From an archaeon (GTDB lineage Archaea > Nanobdellota > Nanobdellia > Pacearchaeales > GW2011-AR1), in assembly GCA_037140195.1 (NCBI GenBank), contig JBAXEZ010000001.1, positions 1 through 45,283 of the forward strand: 45,283 bases of DNA. The letters are read 5' to 3'. Below, one piece after another: positions 23,311 through 31,638 of this stretch; position 1 is the stretch's first letter, and the number at the start of each line of letters is the position of its first letter. Under the pieces are notes generated by a model, which ran no database searches, was not told where the DNA came from, and worked only from the letters and a program-made list of their open reading frames with translations. The position numbers and the translations under genes are program-made.

Positions 23311-24297
23311 CTACAAAAATCCATTCTTAACCAAATCTTCCCAAGAATTCTCACCAAGAGCAACTAAAGCTTCTTTGTAAGTCAACATCGGTTTCCCGTA
23401 ACGAGAATAGTCATCAATCGCAATTCTAGGACATGCGAGTTCAATAAATGCGTCAATATTATAAAAATTCATAACTTTTTCAGGAGTAATCTCACTCATA
23501 CTAATTAACACAACTTGTTTTCCAGCCTCTCTAAATTTATCAATAATATTCTTATAATTTCCAAACTTCTGTCCAAGTTTAGATTCTGCAATTATTCCAA
23601 TAGTTTTTGCTCGTTTGAATCTATCAATGGCCATGGCTCGTTCCCTAATAATTTTATCCTTAAAATTAGACATCTCAGAAACTTCGTCATTGTAAACATC
23701 CAAAAGGAAAACTGGTTTATCAACGGCAAGAGAAGCCCCGACAGAGTGAAATCTATTTCCAATTATTACAAAGGCTTCTACTTTATTCTCAATCTTTTTC
23801 AAACCGGAATATTCACAGCCAATAACTTGCCCTTCATAAAATGCGAATCCGTCCTTCTTGCTTAACACAACCTCTTTGTTGTTCTTCTTATAAAAATCTA
23901 AGACTTTACTCAAGTCGTGTCTGTGTTGCACCGCAAAACTTAGTCCTATTTTTTTATAATCTTTTAACTTGTTAAGAGATTTATTTAATATTTTACTCAA
24001 GTCAACATTATCCTTTATCTCAACATAAAGAACGGGGAACTTAGTTTTAATAAATTCAGAATGTCCAAAGTGAATAATTAAATCGACTTTAAACTTTTTA
24101 GCTTCCTCGAGTCCCAAACAACATCCGCCCCAAGAAGTTTCTCCAGAAAAAACGACTTCAATTCCAAGTTTCTCAATTTTATTCTTAATAGAAATCGCTT
24201 CCGTCTTTATGCCTTCCGGCAACTGAACCAAAACCTTTTTTGGTTTAATTCTTTTCAATTCTTCAATCATAAATTCTTCTTCAAAATCTAATACCAT
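23311..24297 (-). CDS. dph2: 2-(3-amino-3-carboxypropyl)histidine synthase (diphthamide biosynthesis, Dph2)
   Basis: KVLVQLPEGIKTEAISIKNKIEKLGIEVVFSGETSWGGCC...DLIIHFGHS...ELACPRIAIDD. About 328 aa, as in archaeal Dph2. Confidence 0.85.
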   Translation of the reverse strand: MVLDFEEEFMIEELKRIKPKKVLVQLPEGIKTEAISIKNKIEKLGIEVVFSGETSWGGCCLGLEEAKKFKVDLIIHFGHSEFIKTKFPVLYVEIKDNVDLSKILNKSLNKLKDYKKIGLSFAVQHRHDLSKVLDFYKKNNKEVVLSKKDGFAFYEGQVIGCEYSGLKKIENKVEAFVIIGNRFHSVGASLAVDKPVFLLDVYNDEVSEMSNFKDKIIRERAMAIDRFKRAKTIGIIAESKLGQKFGNYKNIIDKFREAGKQVVLISMSEITPEKVMNFYNIDAFIELACPRIAIDDYSRYGKPMLTYKEALVALGENSWEDLVKNGFL

Positions 24298-24344
24298 TCT
24301 TATATTAAGTAATACGGGTTTAATAAGATTTTGAAATTAACTCT

Positions 24345-24647
24345 TTAAGCAATTCTTTCTTTAAGATACGTTTCCATACTCAATCCACAAAGTCTTTGAT
24401 ATTCCTTTGCAGATTCAATCAACGCTTCTCGTGTTCTTCCAGAAGCAACAACTGACTCCTGCACATAATCAAAGTCTATTCTTTTTCCGTTCTGCTCTAT
24501 CCACGTTCCGGTATCATCTCTTGTGTTCTTATGAAAACCAATAATCAGATACATTTTTTCAAGAGGTTTAGAAATTCTTGCAGTATCCGCTTTAATATAC
24601 TTCAAGCATTCTCTAGAGATTTCGTCCAAATTAGGCTTTTTTACCAT
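24345..24647 (-). CDS. hypothetical protein
   Basis: 100-aa ORF. No motif recognised. Confidence 0.45.
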   Translation of the reverse strand: MVKKPNLDEISRECLKYIKADTARISKPLEKMYLIIGFHKNTRDDTGTWIEQNGKRIDFDYVQESVVASGRTREALIESAKEYQRLCGLSMETYLKERIA

Positions 24648-24697
24648 AAAAAGTTAATATTTAATTACTTAATAAGTCTTTTGAACATTTAAGGAAA

Positions 24698-24718
24698 ACT
24701 TTTTTCACTGAAAAAAGT
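24698..24718. repeat. hairpin element ACTTTTTT-CACTG-AAAAAAGT (near-identical copy at 38194..38214)
   Basis: GGAAAACTTTTTTCACTGAAAAAAGTAAG versus GGAAACTTTTTTCGGTGAAAAAAGTAAG. This copy lies between divergent promoters, so it is not obviously a terminator. Confidence 0.6.
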
Positions 24719-24796
24719 AAGCCTAATGTATATAGTTTAAAGTATATATCTTATTGGCTAGATGTTTTTAAAACAGTTTATTCCTTCTAATTTGTT

Positions 24797-25600
24797 ATGG
24801 CTGGTTTTCAGGAAAAGATGGAGGTTATCAGAGACCTAAAAAGATTCGCAGTACATGAACTTGGAATTTATCCAAATCATGCTTTTGAAAGAATGGGGCG
24901 TGAGAAGGATGTCTATGTCCTTTATGTTTCTGAACCGGATTGCATCAAATCTACAATAAAGGGGCGAGAGTGTTGTGAGATATTTAATAGTAGGGCAGAA
25001 CGTCATGCCGCTGCCAGAAAATGGGTGAATGAAGGAAAAGATATTTTAAAAGTAGATAGTCCTGCTTGTTCTACAAGTTACTTAATCACTAAACAACTTT
25101 TAGAAGCCACAGATTGTGGGAAAGCTTATACTCTTTTTCACGAGCAGTTTCATGTTCACTGTGAAAAGAAACCAGTTAAACTTAAAATGGACATAGAAGA
25201 ATCCGCAGCAGATGTATTTGCATATCAAGCAGCTAGCGAGTTTTTTAAGGGAGATTCGAAATTGCAGGAAGAAAGTAAAAAGTTTTTGCTAGATGAATTT
25301 CCATTTGATAACCTTTTGACAGAATACTTACATCGGTTAGATATTGCATATGCTCATAGTTACAATGCAGGTAGAGAAGTGTTGGCAGAAGCAAAAGAAG
25401 TAATCCCCCGAAGTTTGTTTGTTCCCAAAAGGCTGAATAGTAAAACTGATAGAGTAACACTTGAAAAAGAAATAAATAATGCATTCTTTGTAATGAAGAG
25501 AGTTTATTCTCCAAAGTCAGAAAGAGTTTATGTGTTACTTAAGGACATAAATCCCCGGGATTACTTGTTAGATAGCTCTCTACTTACCAGACTTTCTTAA
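24797..25600 (+). CDS. HExxH zincin-like protein (DUF2265 'predicted aminopeptidase'-like?)
   Basis: RFAVHELGIYPNHAF, TLFHEQFHVH, then IEESAADVFAYQAA (HExxH plus a downstream Glu). Confidence 0.4.
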   Translation: MAGFQEKMEVIRDLKRFAVHELGIYPNHAFERMGREKDVYVLYVSEPDCIKSTIKGRECCEIFNSRAERHAAARKWVNEGKDILKVDSPACSTSYLITKQLLEATDCGKAYTLFHEQFHVHCEKKPVKLKMDIEESAADVFAYQAASEFFKGDSKLQEESKKFLLDEFPFDNLLTEYLHRLDIAYAHSYNAGREVLAEAKEVIPRSLFVPKRLNSKTDRVTLEKEINNAFFVMKRVYSPKSERVYVLLKDINPRDYLLDSSLLTRLS

Positions 25601-25657
25601 AAGTCACTATAAACAGAAAAGAATCTATTTTTTAAATACTGATTCCTAATATTCTAC

Positions 25658-26509
25658 ATGGCTAAATCGATTAAAGAATTATTAAATTTTGGAATAATCA
25701 TAATTGATAAACCTGCAGGCCCAACATCTTTTTCTGTTTCTGATTACGTCAGAAAGCAACTAGGTTTAACTAAAACTTCTCATTTTGGGACTCTGGACCC
25801 TCAGGTTACAGGAGTTCTGCCTATTGCGTTAGGTAGAGCTTGCAAACTTACGGGTTCTTTTTTGGGCCATGACAAAACTTACATTGGAATAATGCATACT
25901 CATCAAGAGCACGAAATTAAAGAACTTCAAAAGATAATAGATGAAAATTTTCTTGGAACAATAAAGCAGACCCCGCCCAAAAAGTCTAGAGTAAAAAGAC
26001 AAGAGAGAGAAAGAGACATTATACGATTTGAACTTTTAGAAGTAAGCAAAAGCAAACGAGATTTTTTATTCATCTCCGAAGTACAGGGCGGAACGTACAT
26101 AAGAAAACTTTGTTCTGATTTAGGTGATAAAATTGGCGGAGCCCATATGTTAGAACTAAGACGATTAAAAGCCGGAATTTTTACAGAAGATCAATCCGTC
26201 AAATTATACGACTTTGATAAAGCATGGATAGAGCACGAAAAAGGGAATTCAAAACTTCTAGAAAAAATAATTATTCCTGCGGAAGATGCAATAAAAAATG
26301 TTCTCCCTTTCTATGAATCAAAATCAGAAGCCGTATACAAACTTCGAACCGGAAAGCCACTTTTTAGGGGAGATTTGGAGGGGTTATCTCCACAAGACGG
26401 AGAGTTTGCAGTTTTCCATAAGGGGTCTTTTGTAGGGATCTACAAATTAACAAACGAATCTAAAGATATTTTAGCCCGCCCAACTTTCGTTTTTACTAAT
26501 ATAAAATAA
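25658..26509 (+). CDS. cbf5: tRNA/rRNA pseudouridine-55 synthase Cbf5/TruB with a C-terminal PUA domain
   Basis: IIIIDKPAGPTSFSVSDYVRKQLGLTKTSHFGTLDPQVTGVLPIALGRACKL (catalytic Asp in GTLDP). PUA-like C-terminus. Shorter N-terminus than many Cbf5 proteins. Confidence 0.85.
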   Translation: MAKSIKELLNFGIIIIDKPAGPTSFSVSDYVRKQLGLTKTSHFGTLDPQVTGVLPIALGRACKLTGSFLGHDKTYIGIMHTHQEHEIKELQKIIDENFLGTIKQTPPKKSRVKRQERERDIIRFELLEVSKSKRDFLFISEVQGGTYIRKLCSDLGDKIGGAHMLELRRLKAGIFTEDQSVKLYDFDKAWIEHEKGNSKLLEKIIIPAEDAIKNVLPFYESKSEAVYKLRTGKPLFRGDLEGLSPQDGEFAVFHKGSFVGIYKLTNESKDILARPTFVFTNIK

Positions 26510-26516
26510 ATTACAA

Positions 26517-26530
26517 AACCTTTAAGAACT
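26517..26530 (+). promoter_or_regulatory. putative BRE/TATA (AACCTTTAAGAACT), copy 1 of a duplicated promoter
   Basis: About 30 nt upstream of the ATG at 26553. The roughly 35-nt upstream block is repeated before 26944. Confidence 0.4.
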
Positions 26531-26552
26531 CTCAAATTTTCAAATTTTTAAC

Positions 26553-26900
26553 ATGATACAACTAACTCAAAGAATGAGCCTAAAAGAAGCTGGAAAATTA
26601 TTTCTCGCACTAGATGAAGTAGAAAGAAGTACTGATAAACTATACCGATATCATCAGCCAGAATGTCATCGTGGCACGTATCTTGTACTGGATGTAGCTA
26701 AGACATTTTTGCATTTTAGGTATGAAAGAAAAAAAGATGTCTCTGAGCAGATAACTTGTGACTGGTTTGCTGAGAATAGACACCAATTAAGAAGAGTAAG
26801 AAAACTTGTTAGCGATGCAATGCCCAGAACACAAAGAGACATCGAGTCTGCTCTTAAAGCTCCTTATATTTCTTTAACTGAAGAAGTTCACAGCGAATAA
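26553..26900 (+). CDS. hypothetical protein (tandem paralogue A)
   Basis: 115 aa. The C-terminal LVSDAM...ISLTEEVHSE parallels LVQDAMNVSDIPMTEEINCD of the next gene. Confidence 0.5.
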   Translation: MIQLTQRMSLKEAGKLFLALDEVERSTDKLYRYHQPECHRGTYLVLDVAKTFLHFRYERKKDVSEQITCDWFAENRHQLRRVRKLVSDAMPRTQRDIESALKAPYISLTEEVHSE

Positions 26901-26910
26901 TTTTTTTACG

Positions 26911-26924
26911 AACCTTTAAGAACC
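26911..26924 (+). promoter_or_regulatory. putative BRE/TATA (AACCTTTAAGAACC), copy 2 of a duplicated promoter
   Basis: About 27 nt upstream of the ATG at 26944. Confidence 0.4.
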
Positions 26925-26943
26925 CTCAAAAGTTCCAAATTTT

Positions 26944-27246
26944 ATGAAATACACAGAATCAAAAAATTTCGAGCAAACTAATCCTTTAGTTTACGCACTA
27001 AACTATCTAGTAAATCATACAAGCGAAGCTACTAAAATTCCCACTAATGTGCATGGTCAAATGCAATATTTAGTTAGAGACTCTTTGATTGTTTTAACCT
27101 ATCAACCTACTGCGGGACCTCTAGAGCAAGTTTTACATGAATGGCGAGCTCTTAGTGATAGGGACTTAGCAGAATCTAGGGCACTAGTTCAAGACGCAAT
27201 GAACGTTTCAGATATTCCTATGACAGAAGAGATTAATTGTGATTAA
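26944..27246 (+). CDS. hypothetical protein (tandem paralogue B)
   Basis: 100 aa. Diverged paralogue of 26553..26900. Confidence 0.5.
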   Translation: MKYTESKNFEQTNPLVYALNYLVNHTSEATKIPTNVHGQMQYLVRDSLIVLTYQPTAGPLEQVLHEWRALSDRDLAESRALVQDAMNVSDIPMTEEINCD

Positions 27247-27308
27247 TCAGTTTAACCTATACTTTCTAAAACAATAAGAGTTATAAACAAAATCCTTCTT
27301 TCTCAGCT

Positions 27309-29381
27309 ATGGCAGAAGACTTTGGAAATGAGGAAATAGAAGATGATGATCCTATGCCCGTTAGTAAGCCAGAAATGGTCAATCAAGAAGATTTGATTAT
27401 GGAGGCAAAGAGTTTCTTTAGTACTCAAAAAAAGCAATTAGGTGAATCAGCAAAACAGGCAGACAAAGTTGTCAAATTAGATTTTAACGAACTTTCAGAA
27501 CAGTCTCCGGAGTTAGCAGAAAGATTAATTACAAAACCTGAAGAGACTTTAGAAATTTTAGAGCTCGCCTTACACGAGTCAGGTATTGTTTTGGAACCAA
27601 GAGTACGACTTCTTAATTTATCAAATTCTCAGGTTATGAAAATAAGAAATATCCGTTCTCGAAACCTTAACACAATGATTTCTATCGAGGGGATTGTTCG
27701 TCAAGCTTCTGAAGTTCGTCCAAGAGTTATAAACGCAAAATTCGAATGCCCGGCATGTGGAACTATTTTAAGTGTTTTACAAATTGACGAAAAGTTTAGA
27801 GAACCTTCCAGATGTTCTTGTGGAAGAAGAGGAGGATTTAAAGAGTTAGACAAAGAAATGGTTGACGCTCAAAGATTAGTTATTGAAGAATCTCCAGATG
27901 CATTAACGGGTGGAGAGCAAGCAAAGAGAATGACTGTATTCTTGAAAGAAGATTTGGTAGAACCTAGAATGGAAGAAAAAACAACTCCTGGTGCAAGAGT
28001 AAATATTATAGGGGTACTAAAAGAAGTTCCTCTTCCTGCAAAAACTGGCGGAATTTTAACTCGTTTTGATTTAGCTGTTGAGGCAAATAGCATTACTCCT
28101 ATGGAAGAAAGTTTTGATGATATTCAAGTTTCGGAAGAAGACGAGCAAGAAATTCGAGAACTTGCCGCAGATCCAAAAATCATGGAAAAACTTGCAGCAA
28201 GTATTGCTCCTTCAGTTTGGGGTTATCCTGAAATTAAAACTTCTTTAGCTTTGCAGTTATTTGGCGGTGTTCAAAAATCTCGTTCAGACGGAACAAAAAC
28301 AAGAGGTGACCTGCACGTTCTGTTAGTTGGTGATCCCGGTGTAGCGAAATCCGTTATGTTAAAATTCATTTCAGGAATTGCCCCTAAGGGCCGTTATGTT
28401 TCTGGTAAATCTACTTCTGGTGCAGGTCTTACTGCTACCGTAGTTAAAGATGAATTCTTAAGAGGTTGGGCACTCGAAGCCGGAGCGATGGTTTTATCCA
28501 ATAAAGGTTTAGTCTGTATTGACGAGCTAGAAAAAATGGATGAGAACGATAGATCGACGATGCATGAAGCTATGGAACAGCAGACAGTTACAATTTCTAA
28601 AGCAAATGTTCAGGCAAGTTTGAGAGCACAAACTTCTGTTCTTGCAGCAGCGAATCCAAAATTTGGTAGATTTGATCCACACGAAAGTATCCCAAAGCAA
28701 GTTAATTTAGCACCTTCTTTATTAAACAGATTTGACGTTTTATTTATTCTAAGAGATTTACCCGATAAAACTCGTGATGAAAGTATTGCTGCGCATGTTC
28801 TAAGAGAGCACAAGCAAGAAACACATAACACCGATATAATTAGCAAAGAACTTCTAAGAAAATATATTGCATTTGCAAAACAACATTGTCACCCGACACT
28901 TTCTGATGAAGCAATTAAAAGAATTAAAACTTTCTATGTAAATTTAAGAAACCAGCCAAATCTTTCAGGAGACACAATAAAACCAATTCCAATTTCTGCC
29001 AGACAGTTAGAGGCTTTAGTTAGACTTGCAGAAGCAACTGCAAAAGCCCGTTTAGGTAAAGTAGTCACAGAAGAAGATGCTCTAAAAGCAATAGCTCTAA
29101 TGAGGTTTTATATGATGCAGGTTGGTTACGATGAAGAAACAAAGAGTTTCGATATAGACAAGATTTCTGGAAATCCTGCATCAAAGAGAAATAAAATTTA
29201 TATATTAAAAGAAGTTTTGGAAGAGTTAGAATCTAAACTAGGAAAATTAATTCCTATGGAAGAAGTTGAAAAAGCCGCAGACGGAAAATTAAAAGCAGAC
29301 GAATTAGAAGAGGCTATAGATAAACTAGTTCGTGCCGGAGATTTATTCCGACCAAGAAAAGGTTATGTCCAGAGAATGTAA
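27309..29381 (+). CDS. mcm: replicative DNA helicase MCM
   Basis: C4 zinc finger CPACG...CSCGRRG, Walker A GDPGVAKS, Walker B CIDELEKM, arginine finger SLLNRFDVLF. 690 aa with no intein. Confidence 0.95.
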   Translation: MAEDFGNEEIEDDDPMPVSKPEMVNQEDLIMEAKSFFSTQKKQLGESAKQADKVVKLDFNELSEQSPELAERLITKPEETLEILELALHESGIVLEPRVRLLNLSNSQVMKIRNIRSRNLNTMISIEGIVRQASEVRPRVINAKFECPACGTILSVLQIDEKFREPSRCSCGRRGGFKELDKEMVDAQRLVIEESPDALTGGEQAKRMTVFLKEDLVEPRMEEKTTPGARVNIIGVLKEVPLPAKTGGILTRFDLAVEANSITPMEESFDDIQVSEEDEQEIRELAADPKIMEKLAASIAPSVWGYPEIKTSLALQLFGGVQKSRSDGTKTRGDLHVLLVGDPGVAKSVMLKFISGIAPKGRYVSGKSTSGAGLTATVVKDEFLRGWALEAGAMVLSNKGLVCIDELEKMDENDRSTMHEAMEQQTVTISKANVQASLRAQTSVLAAANPKFGRFDPHESIPKQVNLAPSLLNRFDVLFILRDLPDKTRDESIAAHVLREHKQETHNTDIISKELLRKYIAFAKQHCHPTLSDEAIKRIKTFYVNLRNQPNLSGDTIKPIPISARQLEALVRLAEATAKARLGKVVTEEDALKAIALMRFYMMQVGYDEETKSFDIDKISGNPASKRNKIYILKEVLEELESKLGKLIPMEEVEKAADGKLKADELEEAIDKLVRAGDLFRPRKGYVQRM

Positions 29382-29382
29382 A

Positions 29383-29637
29383 ATGTCAAAACAAAAAACT
29401 TTATATCAAAGATTAGTTGAATTTTCTCAGTTAGCATTCGAAGATAATCGTAAGAAACTCGGAGTTTACATGGTCGGTGTCGAATCTGAAAAATTAGTTT
29501 ATGGATTCGATGAAAAAGATCCTCTTCTTGCTTTAAGAAGATTAACCGAAAAAGGATATTCTGGGCAGGCGTTACCTTTTGATGTTTTTCCTTCGCATAA
29601 AAATTATTGTCCAAGTGTTTGGAAGACTAGCAATTAG
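29383..29637 (+). CDS. hypothetical protein, 1 nt downstream of the mcm stop
   Basis: ATG at 29383 (MSKQKTLYQRLVEFSQ...) is preferred over the track's start at 29332, which overlaps mcm. Confidence 0.45.
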   Translation: MSKQKTLYQRLVEFSQLAFEDNRKKLGVYMVGVESEKLVYGFDEKDPLLALRRLTEKGYSGQALPFDVFPSHKNYCPSVWKTSN

Positions 29638-29647
29638 ATTTTATAAA

Positions 29648-30082
29648 ATGGAATACAAATCTCAACCTTTAATAGAATCAGAAAGATTTCTTCTCATGAA
29701 TTATTCAGATATATTAAGCCGGTATACCGATCCTGCGATAAGGCAGTATTCTCCTATTGGTTGGAGAAAAATTCCTAAAGTAAAAAGGCTAGAAGCAAAA
29801 AGAGTTTATGATGAGCGATATGCGATTGAAAATACTTTAGGTATTAGAAGAAGATATTCGGGAGGAATTTGGACTCTTGATTTAACGCCGACTCAAAAAA
29901 GGCACGATGACATTTCATTGAATCTTGCAGTTAGGGATTTATTTCCACTGCTCTCAAATAGAAAAGAAACTTTGGATTATCTAACCGGGCAGGCACTTCC
30001 CAAGAATTTTCCAGATTTTTCATTCCACGTGCTTTGTAATTACATTTCCTGCAACGGCGACTGTAGTTGGGATTGCAGATAA
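29648..30082 (+). CDS. hypothetical protein
   Basis: ATG at 29648 (MEYKSQPLIESERF...) is preferred over 29579. Cys-rich C-terminus CNYISCNGDCSWDC. Confidence 0.45.
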   Translation: MEYKSQPLIESERFLLMNYSDILSRYTDPAIRQYSPIGWRKIPKVKRLEAKRVYDERYAIENTLGIRRRYSGGIWTLDLTPTQKRHDDISLNLAVRDLFPLLSNRKETLDYLTGQALPKNFPDFSFHVLCNYISCNGDCSWDCR

Positions 30083-30131
30083 TTTTATGAATAGAAAGAT
30101 TTATAAGCCTATAGCCTCTTATATGTTAACT

Positions 30132-30365
30132 ATGGTAACAACAATTCAAATTAGTTCTGAACTACTTCAGAAACTTCAACAAATGAAAATGCACACTCAA
30201 GAAAGTTATGAAACTATCATTTGGGATTTAGTAGAGGACAGAATGCAACTTTCTGAAGAAACAAAAAAAACAATAGCTGAATACGAAAAAGATGTAAAAG
30301 CAGGTAATTGGAATAAATTTGTATCAATTGAAGAAGTTAGAAAGGGGCTTGGTTTAAATGTATGA
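30132..30365 (+). CDS. putative antitoxin partner of RelE
   Basis: Small acidic ORF directly upstream of the RelE-like gene, overlapping it by 8 nt. The start is ambiguous (30087, 30123 or 30132). Confidence 0.55.
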   Translation: MVTTIQISSELLQKLQQMKMHTQESYETIIWDLVEDRMQLSEETKKTIAEYEKDVKAGNWNKFVSIEEVRKGLGLNV

Positions 30366-30606
30366 AATCCTCTTTCATAAAAATGCCCAAAAGCAACTAG
30401 AGAAATTACCTAAAGAAATGCAGATAAGAATTGTTTCAGTTTTAGACAGAATAAAGATTTCACCGCATTCATACGTAAAAAGATTGGTAAATACTCCTTA
30501 CTTTCGAGTACGTGTCGGTGATTATAGAATAATTATCGACATTCAATCTAACAAATTAATTATTTTCGTAATAGAAATAAGTCATAGAAAAAACGTTTAC
30601 GATTAA
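30358..30606 (+). CDS. relE: type II toxin, RelE/ParE superfamily
   Basis: MYEILFHKNAQKQLEKLPKEMQIRIVSVLDRI...FRVRVGDYRIIIDIQSNKLIIFVIEISHRKNVY is a classic RelE/StbE-like pattern. Confidence 0.85.
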   Translation: MYEILFHKNAQKQLEKLPKEMQIRIVSVLDRIKISPHSYVKRLVNTPYFRVRVGDYRIIIDIQSNKLIIFVIEISHRKNVYD

Positions 30607-30607
30607 T

Positions 30608-31015
30608 TTATCTTTCAATAATTATCTCTTCATCTGCCGGCATGGAACAAAATCTCTGTTTCAGAAAACCTTCAGTATCATTTTCTCTGTCTTCATGTTT
30701 TTGAAGTACCATTGCAGTATTAAGCGTTGCTCCAAGTCCAGTTTCTCCAGGTTTGTATTGTGCAACAGACAGTAATACTCTTCCTCTTCCATAAAATTGT
30801 GCTGCTCTTTTGTTACCTTCGTTTTTAAAATATTTTTGGTCAACAATTTGGACAGCCTTTGCACCTGCAATTAATTTCTCAACGTAATCTTCTCCACCAA
30901 GTTCTCTAGCTTGGCTTAAAGCATAATCAACATCAAATGGAGAGAAAAAACTTCTAAAACCCTTACAAACTTCTCTAAAATCTTTTTCCTGTTCTGTTCC
31001 CTTTAATCCAAACAT
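30608..31015 (-). CDS. hypothetical protein
   Basis: 135-aa ORF. No motif recognised. Confidence 0.45.
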   Translation of the reverse strand: MFGLKGTEQEKDFREVCKGFRSFFSPFDVDYALSQARELGGEDYVEKLIAGAKAVQIVDQKYFKNEGNKRAAQFYGRGRVLLSVAQYKPGETGLGATLNTAMVLQKHEDRENDTEGFLKQRFCSMPADEEIIIER

Positions 31016-31111
31016 AAAAACTCCTAATCTTTTAACTATTTAAACATTTATTCTCTAAAGAATATACTTTTATATCTAAATCTATTTAAACAAAAAAATA
31101 TAATAATTTTT

Positions 31112-31600
31112 ATGAAATATTTATCTGGAATAGAAGAAAAAGTTGCAATGGAATTTATTCAGCAAACGGCTCTTGTTGCATCAAATTCTACCTGTGATCG
31201 TTCTCATTGCGGTTCTTTAATTGTATCGAACGAAGAGATTACGGGAGTAGGATTTAATAGTCCTCCCGCAAATTTGGAAACTCAAAGAAGATGTTCTTGC
31301 AACAAAGATAGTTATCATAAAAAAGTAACGGACAAAACTTGCTGTGTACATGCTGAACAACGAGCAATAATGGATGCATTAAAAAGAAATCCCGATAAGA
31401 TTTCCGGATCACGTTTATATTTTGTTAGACTAGGTGAGGGTGGAAAACAAAAACAGTCTGGAAATCCATATTGTACTATGTGTAGCAAAATGGCTTTAGA
31501 TGTCGGAATAGCAGAATTTGTTTTATGGCATAAAGAAGGAGTTTGCGTCTATGGTACTCAAGAATACAATGACTTGTCATTTAAGTTTCTTGAAAAGTAG
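31112..31600 (+). CDS. cytidine/deoxycytidylate deaminase-fold protein (dCMP deaminase-like)
   Basis: CVHAEQRAIMDA (H-A-E zinc/catalytic motif) and PYCTMCSKMA (PCxxC). Confidence 0.75.
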   Translation: MKYLSGIEEKVAMEFIQQTALVASNSTCDRSHCGSLIVSNEEITGVGFNSPPANLETQRRCSCNKDSYHKKVTDKTCCVHAEQRAIMDALKRNPDKISGSRLYFVRLGEGGKQKQSGNPYCTMCSKMALDVGIAEFVLWHKEGVCVYGTQEYNDLSFKFLEK

Positions 31601-31638
31601 TTACTAAAATTTATATACTTCTTACACATAAGAAATAC

